A stretch of DNA of 64,000 nucleotides from Alphaproteobacteria bacterium. GTDB lineage: Bacteria; Pseudomonadota; Alphaproteobacteria; SHVV01. How positions within the stretch are numbered: position 1 is the stretch's first letter; each line of letters begins with the position of its first letter. Under the pieces are notes generated by a model that saw only the letters and a program-made list of their open reading frames with translations, made no database searches and was not told the DNA's origin. The translations under genes were made by a program, and so were the position numbers. Location of the stretch: contig OZ253470.1 of NCBI GenBank assembly GCA_965261735.1, forward strand, positions 3,296,001 through 3,360,000. The letters run 5' to 3'. This document shows positions 1-10,578 of this stretch, one piece after another.

Positions 1-216
1 TTCTACACCAAGCGCGCACTGCTCGCCGCGGTCTACAGCTCGACCCTGCTCTACTGGTTCGACGACCGCTCGCCCGACTGCGCCGACACCTGGGCCTTCC
101 TCGACCGCCGCATCGCGGAAGTGATGAAAATCGGCGCGCTCAGGGGCCGCCTCGAACGCTTCGCCAAGGCCGTGACACCGGCACCGCGACGAGGCCGCGG
201 GCGCGGGCGCGCGTAG
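1..216 (+). CDS. COQ9 family ubiquinone biosynthesis protein, 3' part (runs off window start)
   Basis: Frame 1 reads FYTKRALLAAVYSSTLLYWFDDRSPDCADTWAFLDRRI..., the COQ9 C-terminal signature; TAG at 214-216. Confidence 0.85.
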   Translation, partial: FYTKRALLAAVYSSTLLYWFDDRSPDCADTWAFLDRRIAEVMKIGALRGRLERFAKAVTPAPRRGRGRGRA

Positions 217-234
217 CGCTGCGTCGCAGGCGCC

Positions 235-720
235 CTAGTCCGGGGTTTGGGGGACGGCCGCCGCCTGGCGGTCGCGCCACGCATCGAGCGCGGCCGCCGT
301 CTTCTCGTCGCCGAGCGCGAGCACCGCGGCGGCGAGCAGAGCCGCATTGATGGCCCCCGCCTTGCCGATCGCCAATGTACCGACCGGAATGCCGCCCGGC
401 ATCTGCACCGTCGACAGCAGGCTGTCCATGCCCCCGAGCGCCTTGGTCTCGATCGGCACGCCGAGAACGGGGAGCGGCGTGTGCGCCGCCGTCACGCCGG
501 CGAGGTGGGCAGCGCCCCCGGCACCGGCGATGATAATCTTGAGGCCGCGCTCACGCGCGCTTGTCGCGTAGGTGCGCGCCCGCTCCGGCGTCCGGTGGGC
601 CGATGCGACGCGCACCTCGTGAGGGATGTCGAGCGCTTCGAGGGTCTCCGCCGCATGGCGCATGGTGTCCCAGTCCGAGGCGCTTCCCATGAGGATGCCG
701 ACGAGTGCTTCACCGGCCAT
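235..720 (-). CDS. purE: N5-carboxyaminoimidazole ribonucleotide mutase
   Basis: [23 protein letters not shown] and VQMPGGIPV motifs. Confidence 0.97.
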   Translation of the reverse strand: MAGEALVGILMGSASDWDTMRHAAETLEALDIPHEVRVASAHRTPERARTYATSARERGLKIIIAGAGGAAHLAGVTAAHTPLPVLGVPIETKALGGMDSLLSTVQMPGGIPVGTLAIGKAGAINAALLAAAVLALGDEKTAAALDAWRDRQAAAVPQTPD

Positions 721-862
721 GATGCGGGGCTCCCAGCCGAAAAGAGCGGCGATTATAGGCGTGCGCCCCGACGGTGCAAGGGAACGTGACGGCGCTCACC
801 TGACCCGAGCCGCGCGCTGTGGTACACTGGCGTGAGCCTTGATCTCCACGGGGGCCTCGCAC

Positions 863-1588
863 ATGAAGATCGGCGATTCGCCACGGATCTCCCGCAACAC
901 CGAGATTGGCCGCCCCGCGGCCCGGGCGCGCGCGCCCGAGTCCGTCACCCCACCGCGCCCGATCCAGGACACCATGTCAGTCATGGGCATCCCCGAGCCG
1001 GAGCTCACGCCCAAGGTGCGTCAAGCGCTGGTCACGCTGATGGAGGAGGTCGGCCGGCTACGCGGCGATCTCGAGCGCACGCGCGAGCGGCGCGCCCACC
1101 TCGAGCGCCTGGCCGACCAGGATACCCTGATCCCGATCGCCAACCGACGTGCGTTCGTGCGCGAGTTGTCGCGCGTGATGTCCTACGTCGAGCGCTACGA
1201 GACGCCCTCGAGCCTCGTTGACTTCGACGTCAACAGCTTCAAGGGAATCAACGACACCTACGGCCACGCGGCCGGCGACGAGGCGCTGCACGTGGTCTCC
1301 AACATCTTCTTGCAGAGCATCCGCGAGTCCGACGTTGTCGGACGGTTGGGGGGTGACGAGTTCGGCATCATCCTCGCCCACACCGACCGCGCTGGGGCGA
1401 TCGAGAAGGCCGAAGCGCTCGTCGAGTCGATGCGCCGCGCGCCCTTTACCTGGGCCGGGAAGCGTATCCAGCTCGAAGTCGCCTACGGCATCTACACCTT
1501 CCAGGCGGGCGAGGACCCGGGACGAGCGCTGGCCGAGGCCGACCGCGCGATGTATGCGCACAAGCAGAGCATGAAGGCCGGCGGCTAA
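863..1588 (+). CDS. Diguanylate cyclase (GGDEF domain)
   Basis: DTLIPIANRR, FKGINDTYGHAAGD, RLGGDEF; ATG 863 preferred over upstream TTG. Confidence 0.93.
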   Translation: MKIGDSPRISRNTEIGRPAARARAPESVTPPRPIQDTMSVMGIPEPELTPKVRQALVTLMEEVGRLRGDLERTRERRAHLERLADQDTLIPIANRRAFVRELSRVMSYVERYETPSSLVDFDVNSFKGINDTYGHAAGDEALHVVSNIFLQSIRESDVVGRLGGDEFGIILAHTDRAGAIEKAEALVESMRRAPFTWAGKRIQLEVAYGIYTFQAGEDPGRALAEADRAMYAHKQSMKAGG

Positions 1589-1656
1589 GTCAGAACCGGC
1601 GGCGCCCGAGCCGAATCGCGCCGGGCGTTGGGCCCCCTGTCCACGCCTGTGCCCGA

Positions 1657-1857
1657 CTACGCGATGATGTCCGGCAGGAGCTTGCTTTCGAGCCGCGTGA
1701 TGTGGTCTTTCAGCGACAGCTTCCGCTTTTTCAAGCGTTGCACCTGGAGCCGGTCGTAGTCGGCCGCAGCGGTCAGGGCCGCAATCGCCTGGTCGAGGTC
1801 GCGATGCTCGGTCTGCAGATCGACCAGCTGTTTCGCCATTTCCTCTCGGGTCGCCAT
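1657..1857 (-). CDS. YdcH/DUF465 family small coiled-coil protein
   Basis: EHRDLDQAI...QRLKKRKLSLKD...LPDIIA; real start ATG at 1857. Confidence 0.9.
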   Translation of the reverse strand: MATREEMAKQLVDLQTEHRDLDQAIAALTAAADYDRLQVQRLKKRKLSLKDHITRLESKLLPDIIA

Positions 1858-1901
1858 CGGTCTCCGCGGTCGGTCTGTGGCTGTCGTCATGATAGCAGAA
1901 A

Positions 1902-2513
1902 GTGGCTGAGGCCGGCACGACAATCGCCGCCCGGGCGGGCCGGGCCGCCGTGAGTCCGACGTTTCCCGACCACCCCTTCTGGGACTACTCGCTGGTGCTT
2001 TACGCCAAGCCCGAGGCGGCCGCCGCCTGCCTCGGGCTGCAGCGCCGACGCGGCACCGACGCCAATCTCCTGCTGCTGTGCTGCTGGTGCGCGGCGACCG
2101 CCCGCGGCGTGCTCGGGGTGCGACGGATCGAGCGCCTGGTCGCCGAAGTAGCCGCGTGGCGGACCGAGGTGTTGGAGCCGCTGCGTGCGGTCCGGACTCG
2201 CCTCGGGCAAGCGACCGCGCCAGGCGACCTCGCGGCCGCCTTGCGCGGGCGCGTACTCGCGGTCGAGGTCGACGCCGAGCACGTCGAACAGCTGGCGTTG
2301 GCCGCGGGCGTCGAGCCCCTCGCCGAGGCGCAATCACGGGCCGGGCCCGCCGCCACCGCCGCGCGCAACCTCGCCGACTACCTCGCCGCGACCGGAATCG
2401 CGGTGGATGAGGCGGATCGCGCGGACCTCGCCGCGCTGGTGCGTGCCGCCTTCCCGGAGCTCGGCGAGGCGGAGACCGCGGCCCTGATCGGCCGCGCCGC
2501 TGCTAGGCCCTAG
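1902..2513 (+). CDS. TIGR02444 family protein
   Basis: FWDYSLVLY...CLGLQ...ANLLLLCCW...VLEPLRAVR...AEHVEQ pattern. Confidence 0.8.
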   Translation: MAEAGTTIAARAGRAAVSPTFPDHPFWDYSLVLYAKPEAAAACLGLQRRRGTDANLLLLCCWCAATARGVLGVRRIERLVAEVAAWRTEVLEPLRAVRTRLGQATAPGDLAAALRGRVLAVEVDAEHVEQLALAAGVEPLAEAQSRAGPAATAARNLADYLAATGIAVDEADRADLAALVRAAFPELGEAETAALIGRAAARP

Positions 2514-4138
2514 AGCGCGCCCGCGCGCTCGCGCAGCTTGAATTTCTGGATCTTGCCGGTCGAGGTTTTCGGCAGCTCGCCGAAGACCACCGTCTTCGGC
2601 GCCTTGAAGTGGGCCATGTTGTCGCGGCAATGGCCGATGATATCGTCCGCGGTCACCGTGCCGGCGTCCGCCTTGAGCGTCACGAAGGCGCACGGGGTCT
2701 CGCCCCAGGTCTCGTCGGGCCGCGCCACCACGGCCGCCTCGAGGACCGCGGGGTGCTTATACAGCGCCTCCTCGACCTCGATGCTGGACACGTTCTCGCC
2801 GCCCGAGATGATGATGTCCTTGGAGCGATCCTTGAGCTCTATGTATCCGTCGGTGTGCACGACGCCGAGATCGCCGGAGTGGAACCAGCCCCCGGCGAAG
2901 GCCTCCTCGCTGGCGCTGGCGTTCTTGAGGTAGCCCTTCATGACGATGTTGCCGCGAAAAAAGACCTCGCCCATGGTGGCGCCGTCGGCGGGCACCGGTT
3001 CCAACGTCGCCGGGTCCGCGACCATGAGCTCCTCGAGCACCGGGTAGCGCACGCCCTGGCGGGCCTTGGTGGCTGCGCGCTCGGCATCGGGCAGCGTATC
3101 CCACTCGCGGTGCCAGGCGCTCACCACCGCCGGCCCGTAGGTCTCGGTCAGGCCGTAGACGTGGGTGACGCCGATGCCCTCGCGATCGAGCCCCGCCAGG
3201 ACGGTGCTCGGCGGCGGCGCGCCCGCGGTCATCGCGCTGATCGTGTGCTCGATCTTGCGCTTGTGCTCGGCGGGGGCGTTGATGAGCGCGTTCATGACCA
3301 CCGGAGCGCCGCAGAAGTGGCTCACCCGGTGTTCAGCGATGGCGTCGTAGATCGCCTTCGCCTCGACGCGCCTGAGGCAGACGTGGGTACCGGCCGCGGC
3401 GCACACCGACCAGGTGAAGCACCAGCCGTTGCAGTGAAACATCGGCAACGTCCACAGGTATACCGGGTGGGCCGGAGCGTGCCAGACGAGCAGGTTGCCG
3501 AGTGCGTTGAGGTAGGCGCCGCGGTGGTGGTAGACGACGCCCTTGGGATTGCCGGTCGTGCCCGAGGTGTAGTTCAGCGCGATCGCCTGCCATTCGTCCT
3601 CGGGCAGGCGCCACGGATGGTCCGCCGGCCCTTCGTCGAGAAGGGCCTCGTAGTCCTTCTCACCGAGGAGCTCGCCGGCGTGCGCGAGTGGATCGTCGAT
3701 ATCGATGACGACGGGCGGGCGCTCGAGCAGCGCCAGCGCCTCCTTGACCACCGGGCTCAGCTCGCGGTCGGTGAGCAGCAGCTTGGCGCCGCCGTGCTCG
3801 AGGATAAAGGCGACGGTGCGTGCATCGAGGCGGGTGTTGATCGCACACAACACGGCGCCCGCGGCCGGCACCCCGTAATGCGCCTCGAGCAGGGCCGGGA
3901 TGTTGGGCGCTATCACCGCCACCGTGTCGCCCGCGGCGATGCCGCGGCCGGCGAGCGCGCCGGCGAGCCGGCGGCAACGCGCGAAGAACTCAGCATAGGT
4001 GAAGGACTGGGAGCCGTGAATGACGGCCGTATGATCGGGGAAGACGGCGGCGCTGCGCTCGGGGAAGCCGAGAGGCGACAGCGGCTGAAAGTTGGCCGCT
4101 ACCTTGTCGAGGTCGGTATCGTAGGGGTGCGAGGCCAT
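2510..4138 (-). CDS. Acyl-CoA synthetase (AMP-binding)
   Basis: YTSGTTGNPKG, YGLTETYGP, GWFHSGDL, LPKTSTGKIQK. Confidence 0.95.
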   Translation of the reverse strand: MASHPYDTDLDKVAANFQPLSPLGFPERSAAVFPDHTAVIHGSQSFTYAEFFARCRRLAGALAGRGIAAGDTVAVIAPNIPALLEAHYGVPAAGAVLCAINTRLDARTVAFILEHGGAKLLLTDRELSPVVKEALALLERPPVVIDIDDPLAHAGELLGEKDYEALLDEGPADHPWRLPEDEWQAIALNYTSGTTGNPKGVVYHHRGAYLNALGNLLVWHAPAHPVYLWTLPMFHCNGWCFTWSVCAAAGTHVCLRRVEAKAIYDAIAEHRVSHFCGAPVVMNALINAPAEHKRKIEHTISAMTAGAPPPSTVLAGLDREGIGVTHVYGLTETYGPAVVSAWHREWDTLPDAERAATKARQGVRYPVLEELMVADPATLEPVPADGATMGEVFFRGNIVMKGYLKNASASEEAFAGGWFHSGDLGVVHTDGYIELKDRSKDIIISGGENVSSIEVEEALYKHPAVLEAAVVARPDETWGETPCAFVTLKADAGTVTADDIIGHCRDNMAHFKAPKTVVFGELPKTSTGKIQKFKLRERAGAL

Positions 4139-4302
4139 GGTCTTCTCCCAACTGCCGGGCGCCCGCGCTGGCGCGGGTGGATCAAAGCTACGCGAACTGG
4201 GCGCGCCCGATCAACGGCGGGGCGGGCCGGTTGACAAACGAAACGCAAGGGTAGTTTGGTTGTGATCACGTTGCGCCACCGTGCAGCCGGCAGGGGGACG
4301 AG

Positions 4303-6204
4303 ATGACGAGTACCTACGACAGGGTCTACACGAGCTGGCAGGAGGACCCGGAGGGGTTTTGGGCCAGGGCGGCCGAAGACATCATGTGGACCAAGAAGTG
4401 GGACAAGGTGCTCGATTCGAGCGCGACCCCGATCACGCGCTGGTTTGCCGGCGGCATCCTCAACACCTGCTACAACGCGCTCGACTACCACGCCCATACC
4501 GGGCGCGGCGACCAGCCGGCATTGATCTACGACAGCCCGATGACGGGCACCATCGAGTCCATCACCTACCGCGCGCTGCGCGACCGCGTGTCGCTGTTTG
4601 CGAGCGCGCTCAAGGGCTTGGGCGTCGTCGCCGGCGACCGCGTCATCGTCTACATGCCGATGGTCCCGGAGGCGGTAATCGCCATGCTCGCCTGCGCCCG
4701 CCTGGGTGCGATCCACTCGGTGGTGTTCGGCGGCTTCGCCGCCAACGAGCTCGCGACCCGCATCGACGACGCGGCACCCAAGGTGATCGTCGCCGCGAGC
4801 TGCGGCCTCGAGCCGGGCCGGATCGTGGCCTACAAGCCGCTGCTCGATGCGGCCATCGACCTCGCCACCGCCAAACCCGAGGCTTGCATCGTCCTGCAGC
4901 GCCCGCAGGCGGAGGCCACCATGGTCGAGGGCCGTGACCACGATTGGCACGAGGTCACCGCCAACGTGCTGCCGACGTCCTGTGTCGACGTCGCCGCCAC
5001 CGACCCGCTCTACATCCTCTACACCTCCGGTACGACGGGTATCCCCAAGGGCGTGGTGCGCGACAATGGCGGCCACGCGGTCGCGCTCAAGTGGTCGATG
5101 TCGAACATCTACGGGATCGAGCCCGGCGAGGTGTTTTGGGCGGCCTCGGACGTGGGCTGGGTGGTCGGCCACTCCTACATCGTCTATGCGCCGCTGATCC
5201 ACGGCTGCACCACGATTCTCTATGAGGGCAAGCCGGTGGGCACGCCCGACCCCGGCGCCTTCTGGCGCGTCATCTCGCAGCACAAGGTCTCGGCCCTGTT
5301 CACCGCGCCGACCGCCTTCCGCGCCATCAAGCAGCAGGACCCCAAGGCCGAGTACGTCAAGAAGTACAATCTCGACCATTTCCGTACGCTGTTCCTGGCC
5401 GGCGAGCGCGCCGATCCCGACACGCTCGAATGGGCGGAGCGCGCGCTGGGAAAGCCGGTCATCGATCACTGGTGGCAAACCGAGAGCGGCTGGCCGATCG
5501 CCGCCAACTGCGTCGGGCTGGGTGCGCTGCCGGTCAAGCACGGCTCGCCGACCAAGTCGGTGCCGGGCTACGACGTGCGCGTGGTGAACGAGGACAACCA
5601 GGAGGTAGCGGCGGGCGAGACCGGCGCCATCGTCCTCAAGCTGCCGCTCGCGCCGGGCTGCCTGCCGACGTTGTGGAACAACGACGACGGCTACAAGGAC
5701 TCCTATCTGTCCCAATACCCCGGCTACTACATGACGGCGGACGCCGGCTACCTCGACGAGGACGGCTATCTCTACGTCATGAGCCGCACCGACGACATCA
5801 TCAACGTCGCCGGTCACCGGCTGTCGACGGGGGCGATCGAGGAGGTGCTGGCCTCGCACGCCGACGTCGCCGAGGCGGCGGTGATCGGCGTCCATGACGA
5901 CATCAAGGGGCAGGTGCCGGTGGGCTTCGCCGTTCTCTCCGCGGGCGTTAACCGCGAGCACGGCGACATCGTCGGCGAGGTCGTGCAACTCGTGCGCGAG
6001 CGCATCGGGCCCATCGCCTCGTTCCGCACCGCCGCGGTGGTCAAGCGCCTGCCCAAGACGCGCTCGGGCAAGATCCTGCGCGGCACCATGCGCCAGATCG
6101 CCGACGGCGAGGAATACCGGATGCCGGCGACCATCGACGATCCCGTCATCCTCGACGAGATCACCGAGGCACTCAAGGGCGTCGGCCTGGCCAAGGCGGG
6201 CTGA
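4303..6204 (+). CDS. prpE: Propionyl-CoA synthetase
   Basis: YTSGTTGIPKGVVRDNGGH, DHWWQTE, LPKTRSGKILR. Confidence 0.88.
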   Translation: MTSTYDRVYTSWQEDPEGFWARAAEDIMWTKKWDKVLDSSATPITRWFAGGILNTCYNALDYHAHTGRGDQPALIYDSPMTGTIESITYRALRDRVSLFASALKGLGVVAGDRVIVYMPMVPEAVIAMLACARLGAIHSVVFGGFAANELATRIDDAAPKVIVAASCGLEPGRIVAYKPLLDAAIDLATAKPEACIVLQRPQAEATMVEGRDHDWHEVTANVLPTSCVDVAATDPLYILYTSGTTGIPKGVVRDNGGHAVALKWSMSNIYGIEPGEVFWAASDVGWVVGHSYIVYAPLIHGCTTILYEGKPVGTPDPGAFWRVISQHKVSALFTAPTAFRAIKQQDPKAEYVKKYNLDHFRTLFLAGERADPDTLEWAERALGKPVIDHWWQTESGWPIAANCVGLGALPVKHGSPTKSVPGYDVRVVNEDNQEVAAGETGAIVLKLPLAPGCLPTLWNNDDGYKDSYLSQYPGYYMTADAGYLDEDGYLYVMSRTDDIINVAGHRLSTGAIEEVLASHADVAEAAVIGVHDDIKGQVPVGFAVLSAGVNREHGDIVGEVVQLVRERIGPIASFRTAAVVKRLPKTRSGKILRGTMRQIADGEEYRMPATIDDPVILDEITEALKGVGLAKAG

Positions 6205-6337
6205 GGCAACGGGCAGCCGGGGGCAGGCGGCGCGGCCACTGGTCGCCGGAGGCGCCCGGTCGCACGCGCGGTCTACACTCCAAAGGCCCGGGTTCGCGCG
6301 GTCATGGGGTCTACTTGCTTGCGCAATCCGCCGCGTT

Positions 6338-6461
6338 CACCCCCTCCCAACCCTCCCCCATCAAGGGGGAGGGCCAACAAACCGACTTAGCCCCACAATC
6401 TCCCATTCTTGTGGGAGGGCTAAGAAACCAACATCGCACCATCATTTCCCCTCCCCTTGTG
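6338..6461. repeat. REP-like palindromic repeat cluster (left part)
   Basis: CCCTCCCCCATCAAGGGGGAGGG hairpin plus CCCTCCCCTTGTG half-unit that is completed after the IS at 8106-8133. Confidence 0.7.
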
Positions 6462-8105
6462 GGGTGCGAGTCTCGCATGGCAGTGATGTCTGCGGCTTGG
6501 TTCGTTGAGTTCAGGCAGCGATTGCCATGGCTGCTGCACGTGGACTGATGTTGTCGTTGGCCGGTGTGTCGGTTGCGCTGATCAGGGCCTTCCATGCGCG
6601 CTCGAAGCGGCCGGATTTGATCAGGGCGCGGAAGGTCAGAACAGCCTGTCCGCCGACGATCCGCCAGCGCATGCCGGAGCGCTTCATGCGCTGTGTCACC
6701 AGGGATCTTGTTGGCAGCCTCGACCACGCCTGAGCCGATGGCGATGCCCTCTTCCTTCAGGGCGTGGTAGCGCATGCGATGGCGATGCTTGCGGAAGAAG
6801 GCGAGTTCCCGCTCGGTCTCGGCCCGGTCCGGCGCAGCGGCGGCATCGCGAAGGTGGCGCAGCGCCCGGATCACCTTGGCGACGCCACGGGGATCGTGAC
6901 GGAGGATCTCGCGGTACTTCTCGAACCAGCCGGGCGCCACGGCATGGTCGGACGCGGTTTGCAGATGTTCGCAAGCATGCCAGAAGTCGATCACCTCGGT
7001 TTCGGGCGACAGGGTCTCCAGGAAGGTCCAGTTGTCGGCGGCACCATCGGCGATAGCGACGATCTCGATCTCGGGGCGTGCTCGCCTGATGTGTGCGACT
7101 TCGCTTGCAAGCTGCGCCTTCAGCGTGAGCTTGCCGCTCTCCGGCATGGGGCCGAGATAGAGGGTCTTCAGGCGCTTGCCCTTGGCGTCGTGGAAGGAGA
7201 CCGTGCCGCAGGCGGCCTCGCGCCAGGAGGCCTTGGCGCGACCGTCCTCGCCGGGTCTCAGCGGCACCATGACGCCGTCGAGGGAGACCGAGGCGGTGGT
7301 CGCGTCCTGCGGTATGCCCTCGGCCTCACGGATGCTGCCCAGCGTCTCCGGGCCGAGGCTCTCCCAGCATTCGTGCATGCTCAGGGTCAGGCGCTCACCG
7401 ACGGCGTCATGGCGCCGGTCTTCGCAAAGAACGCCGCCGCTTCCCGGGCCGTGCAGCGACCCATCATCAGCAGACCGAGTTCGGCCGCCGGCCGCGTCAG
7501 GTAATCGTCGACGAGGCCCAGGCTCTCGTCGACCGGCCACCCGCGATGCCCCGCTCGCGCCGCTGCGGTAACGCGCTCGCCGGTAGGTCACCGGACCGAG
7601 CGAGGTCATGATCGTCTTCGGCGTCACCGCGACCCGGAACCAGCTCTGCCCGTCCCGCTCGATCCGGGAAGCGCCATCGTCCCGGTTCTCGATGACGGCG
7701 CCCATGACATCGCGAGCGAACTCGTTCGTGGCCTCACGCACCCGCAACTCGACCTCCTCGGGCGCCTCGGGGCGCGGCTCGGAACGAAGCTCCTCGCGAC
7801 ACAGTGCGAGCACCCGGGCGGCCGCCTCGACGACCCGAGGAGGCAGGCCGGAAAGATCGATGGACGAAGGCGCCGGAGGCGGGATACTGCCATGGGAATG
7901 CTCCCGATGTTGGGTTTCGAGACACGGCATCGTACCGCTTCTGGCGGTGCGGAGCGTTCCCACCTTCCCCTGCTCGACCCTGCCGTCGTGACAAAATCCT
8001 GCCTTGGAGCGGCCCATTGTCACGAATAGCCGTTTTCGGCCGTTCGTCTCGACACAAAAACGCACTAAATCAATGACTTAGATTTTCCATACCAGACCCA
8101 CACCC
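6462..8105 (-). mobile_element. ISKra4-family IS, copy 1, frameshifted transposase
   Basis: Imperfect IRs GGGTGCGAGTCTCGCATGG / GGGTGTGGGTCTGGTATGG; 8-bp TSD CCCTTGTG (6454-6461, 8106-8113); motifs SLDGV, IADGAADNW, IDFWHACEHL, IGSGVVEAANK. Confidence 0.9.
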
Positions 8106-8185
8106 CCCTTGTGGGAGGGGGTAGGGGGAGGGGTACGAACAAGAGGAGGAGGCCGGCAGTGAGTCGCCTTCCTCCGCGGCCGAGT

Positions 8186-9073
8186 TTAGGTGGGCGGCGG
8201 TTCGGGGGCTTTCGGTGCCTCCTCACCGGCCTTGTCGGCCACGGGCTCCGGGGCGGGGGCGGGCTCCACGGGCGCGACGCCCCACGACGCCGCGGCAGGC
8301 TCCTCGGGCGCGGGCTCGGCGCTCACGACGCTCGCCGGCTCCGCGTCCTCGCCACGCTCCTCCGCCGGCGCGTTTACTGATTCCCCTGTCCGCTCGTCGG
8401 CGGCCGCCTCCGCCGGCACGTCCAATGGATCCGGCTCCGGCTCGTCCACCGGCATCTCCGTAGACGCAGCGGACGCGCCCTCTTCGGCTTCGGCGAGCTT
8501 CGCCTTTTCCGCCCGCCGCGCCGCCTTGCGCTCGCGTGCTTCCGCCGCGCGCAACCGGGCGGCGGCCCGGCCGACCGCCTCGTCGAGCTCGATTTGCGAG
8601 CACATGCCGAGCGAGACCGGGTCCTGCTGCTTGATGTTGGTAATGTTCCAGTGGGTGCGGTCGCGGATGGCGTTGATCGTCGGCTTCGTGGTGCCGACGA
8701 GCTTGACGACCTGGCTGTTGGTGAGTTCGGGGTGGAACCTGAGCAGCCAGCTGATGGCGTTGGGGCGGTCCTGGCGCTTGGCGACGGGCGTATAGCGCGG
8801 GCCCTTGCCGCGCGCCTGCGGTATCGGCACCCGCGACTCGGCCAGCGTCAGCCGGCGCTTCGGATCGGCCTCGCAGGCCACGATTTCGTCCTTCGTGAGC
8901 TGGCCGTTGGTCATGGGATCGAGGCCGACGATCCCGATCGCGACCTCGTCGTCGGCGATCCCCTGAATCTCGAGCGGATGCAAGCCGCAGAAGGCGGCGA
9001 TCTGCTCGAAGGTGAGCGACGTGTTTTCGACCAGCCACACGGCGGTGGCCTTGGGCATGAGCGGAAGGGTCAT
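8186..9073 (-). CDS. trcR: DUF1013 family cell-cycle transcriptional regulator TrcR
   Basis: PLMPKATAVWLVENTSLTFEQIA, RYTPVAKRQDRP, IRDRTHWN; long Pro/Glu/Ala tail. Confidence 0.9.
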   Translation of the reverse strand: MTLPLMPKATAVWLVENTSLTFEQIAAFCGLHPLEIQGIADDEVAIGIVGLDPMTNGQLTKDEIVACEADPKRRLTLAESRVPIPQARGKGPRYTPVAKRQDRPNAISWLLRFHPELTNSQVVKLVGTTKPTINAIRDRTHWNITNIKQQDPVSLGMCSQIELDEAVGRAAARLRAAEARERKAARRAEKAKLAEAEEGASAASTEMPVDEPEPDPLDVPAEAAADERTGESVNAPAEERGEDAEPASVVSAEPAPEEPAAASWGVAPVEPAPAPEPVADKAGEEAPKAPEPPPT

Positions 9074-9185
9074 CAAGTCTCCTCGGGAGGCCGGCACCCA
9101 TCGCCGGCCCTCCTCTCGAATGGCGCCGAGTTAAACACGATTGCGGCCCGCGGAAAAGAACGGCGCGCGGGCCGGGGCCGGCGGA

Positions 9186-10163
9186 TCAGGCGGTCAGCAC
9201 GATCTTGCCGGTATGGGTACCCGCTTCCATGCGCGCGTGCGCGCCCGCCGCGGCGGCGAGCGGGTGCGTCGAGTCGATGACCGGCCGCAGGCGGCCGGCC
9301 TCGAACAGCGGCCACACGCGGGCGCGCAAAGCATCGGCGATCTCGGCCTTTTCGGCTAGGGGGCGGGCGCGTAGGCGCGAGCCCGTGATCGTCAGGTGCT
9401 TGAACATCAGCGGCAGGAAGTTGACGGTGACCTTGTGGCCCTGCTGGAGGGCGATGTGCACGAGCCGACCCTCGGGCGCCAGCGCCTCGAGGTTGCGCTG
9501 CACGTAGTCGCCGCCGACCATGTCGAGGATGACGTCGACGCCCTCGCCGCCGGTACACTCCTTGACCACGGCGACGAAGTCCTCGTCGCGGTAATTGATC
9601 GCGCGCTCGGCGCCGAGCGTCTCGCACACGGCGCATTTCTCCGGTGTGCCGGCGGTGGCGAAGACGCGCGCGCCGAGGGCCTTGGCGAGCGCGATCGCGG
9701 CCGTGCCGACGCCGCTCGCCCCGCCATGGACGAGAAAGCGTTCGCCGGCGGTCAGGCGCGCGCGGTCGAAGACGTTGGTCCACACCGTGAACGTAGCCTC
9801 GGGCAGCGCCGCGGCGGCGACCATGTCGAAGCCGCTCGGCACCGGCAGCGCGAGCTCGGCTGGAACGGTGCAATACTCGGCGTAGCCGCCCCCGGTGAGC
9901 AGCGCGCACACCGGATCGCCAACGCCCACGCCCGCGACACCGGGCCCGAGCGCGGCCACGGTGCCCGCCGCCTCGAGGCCGGGGATGTCGGAGGCGTCCG
10001 GTGGCGCCGGATAGGTGCCCGCGCGCTGCATACAGTCGGCACGATTGATGCCCGCGGCGGCCACCTTGATCAGCACCTCGCCGTAGGCCGGATCGGGCAC
10101 CGGCCGCTCGCCGAGCTGCAACACCTCCGGGCCGCCGGGCGCGCTGATGAAAACGGCCTTCAT
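9186..10163 (-). CDS. NAD(P)H-quinone oxidoreductase (PIG3/MDR family)
   Basis: GGPEVL, GINRAD, LVHGGASGVG, HTGKIVL; start ATG 10163. Confidence 0.93.
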   Translation of the reverse strand: MKAVFISAPGGPEVLQLGERPVPDPAYGEVLIKVAAAGINRADCMQRAGTYPAPPDASDIPGLEAAGTVAALGPGVAGVGVGDPVCALLTGGGYAEYCTVPAELALPVPSGFDMVAAAALPEATFTVWTNVFDRARLTAGERFLVHGGASGVGTAAIALAKALGARVFATAGTPEKCAVCETLGAERAINYRDEDFVAVVKECTGGEGVDVILDMVGGDYVQRNLEALAPEGRLVHIALQQGHKVTVNFLPLMFKHLTITGSRLRARPLAEKAEIADALRARVWPLFEAGRLRPVIDSTHPLAAAAGAHARMEAGTHTGKIVLTA

Positions 10164-10286
10164 GCTTTGGGCCCGGGTCGGTCTCCGTCGTCGCGTTCGG
10201 GGTTGGGGCGGGTTGCCGCGAGAGGTTGCAGGTCTAGTACGAACGCCGCACACTGGCAAGGCCGCAAGCCCCTGAGGGGAAGCCGC

Positions 10287-10461
10287 ATGGAAGAAGAAGA
10301 GGTCAAACCGGCGCCGGCCCCACCGGTCCTCGAAACGATGTCGATCGAGGCGCTCTATGAGCGCATCGCGGAGCTCGAAGCAGATGATCGCCAAGGCGCG
10401 GGAGATGATCGCACAAAAGGAAGCCGCGCGTAGCGACGCCAATTTGGTGTTCCGGAAGTAG
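10287..10461 (+). pseudogene. DUF1192 family small protein with a 1-bp frameshift (possibly sequencing error)
   Basis: LETMSIEALYERIAELEA, then shifted frame IAKAREMIAQKEAARSDANLVFRK*; one extra base near 10385. Confidence 0.75.
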
Positions 10462-10493
10462 CGCGTACCAAAATGCAATCCCTGCTTGCGGCG

Positions 10494-10508
10494 CTAACCA
10501 TTTATTAA
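10494..10508. promoter_or_regulatory. CtrA-box-like site
   Basis: CTAACCATTTATTAA = TTAA-N7-TTAG on the minus strand; AT-rich patch in GC-rich DNA. Confidence 0.45.
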
Positions 10509-10578
10509 TACTTATACGCGATATTCGATGCACGGTACGTTTTGCGAATGAACTACCGTCGTATCCTCCAGTCTGTTC

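Noticed and set aside
2609-5988. Long ORFs 2609-4234 (+) and 4099-5988 (-)
   Set aside because: Antisense shadows of the two acyl-CoA synthetases in high-GC DNA
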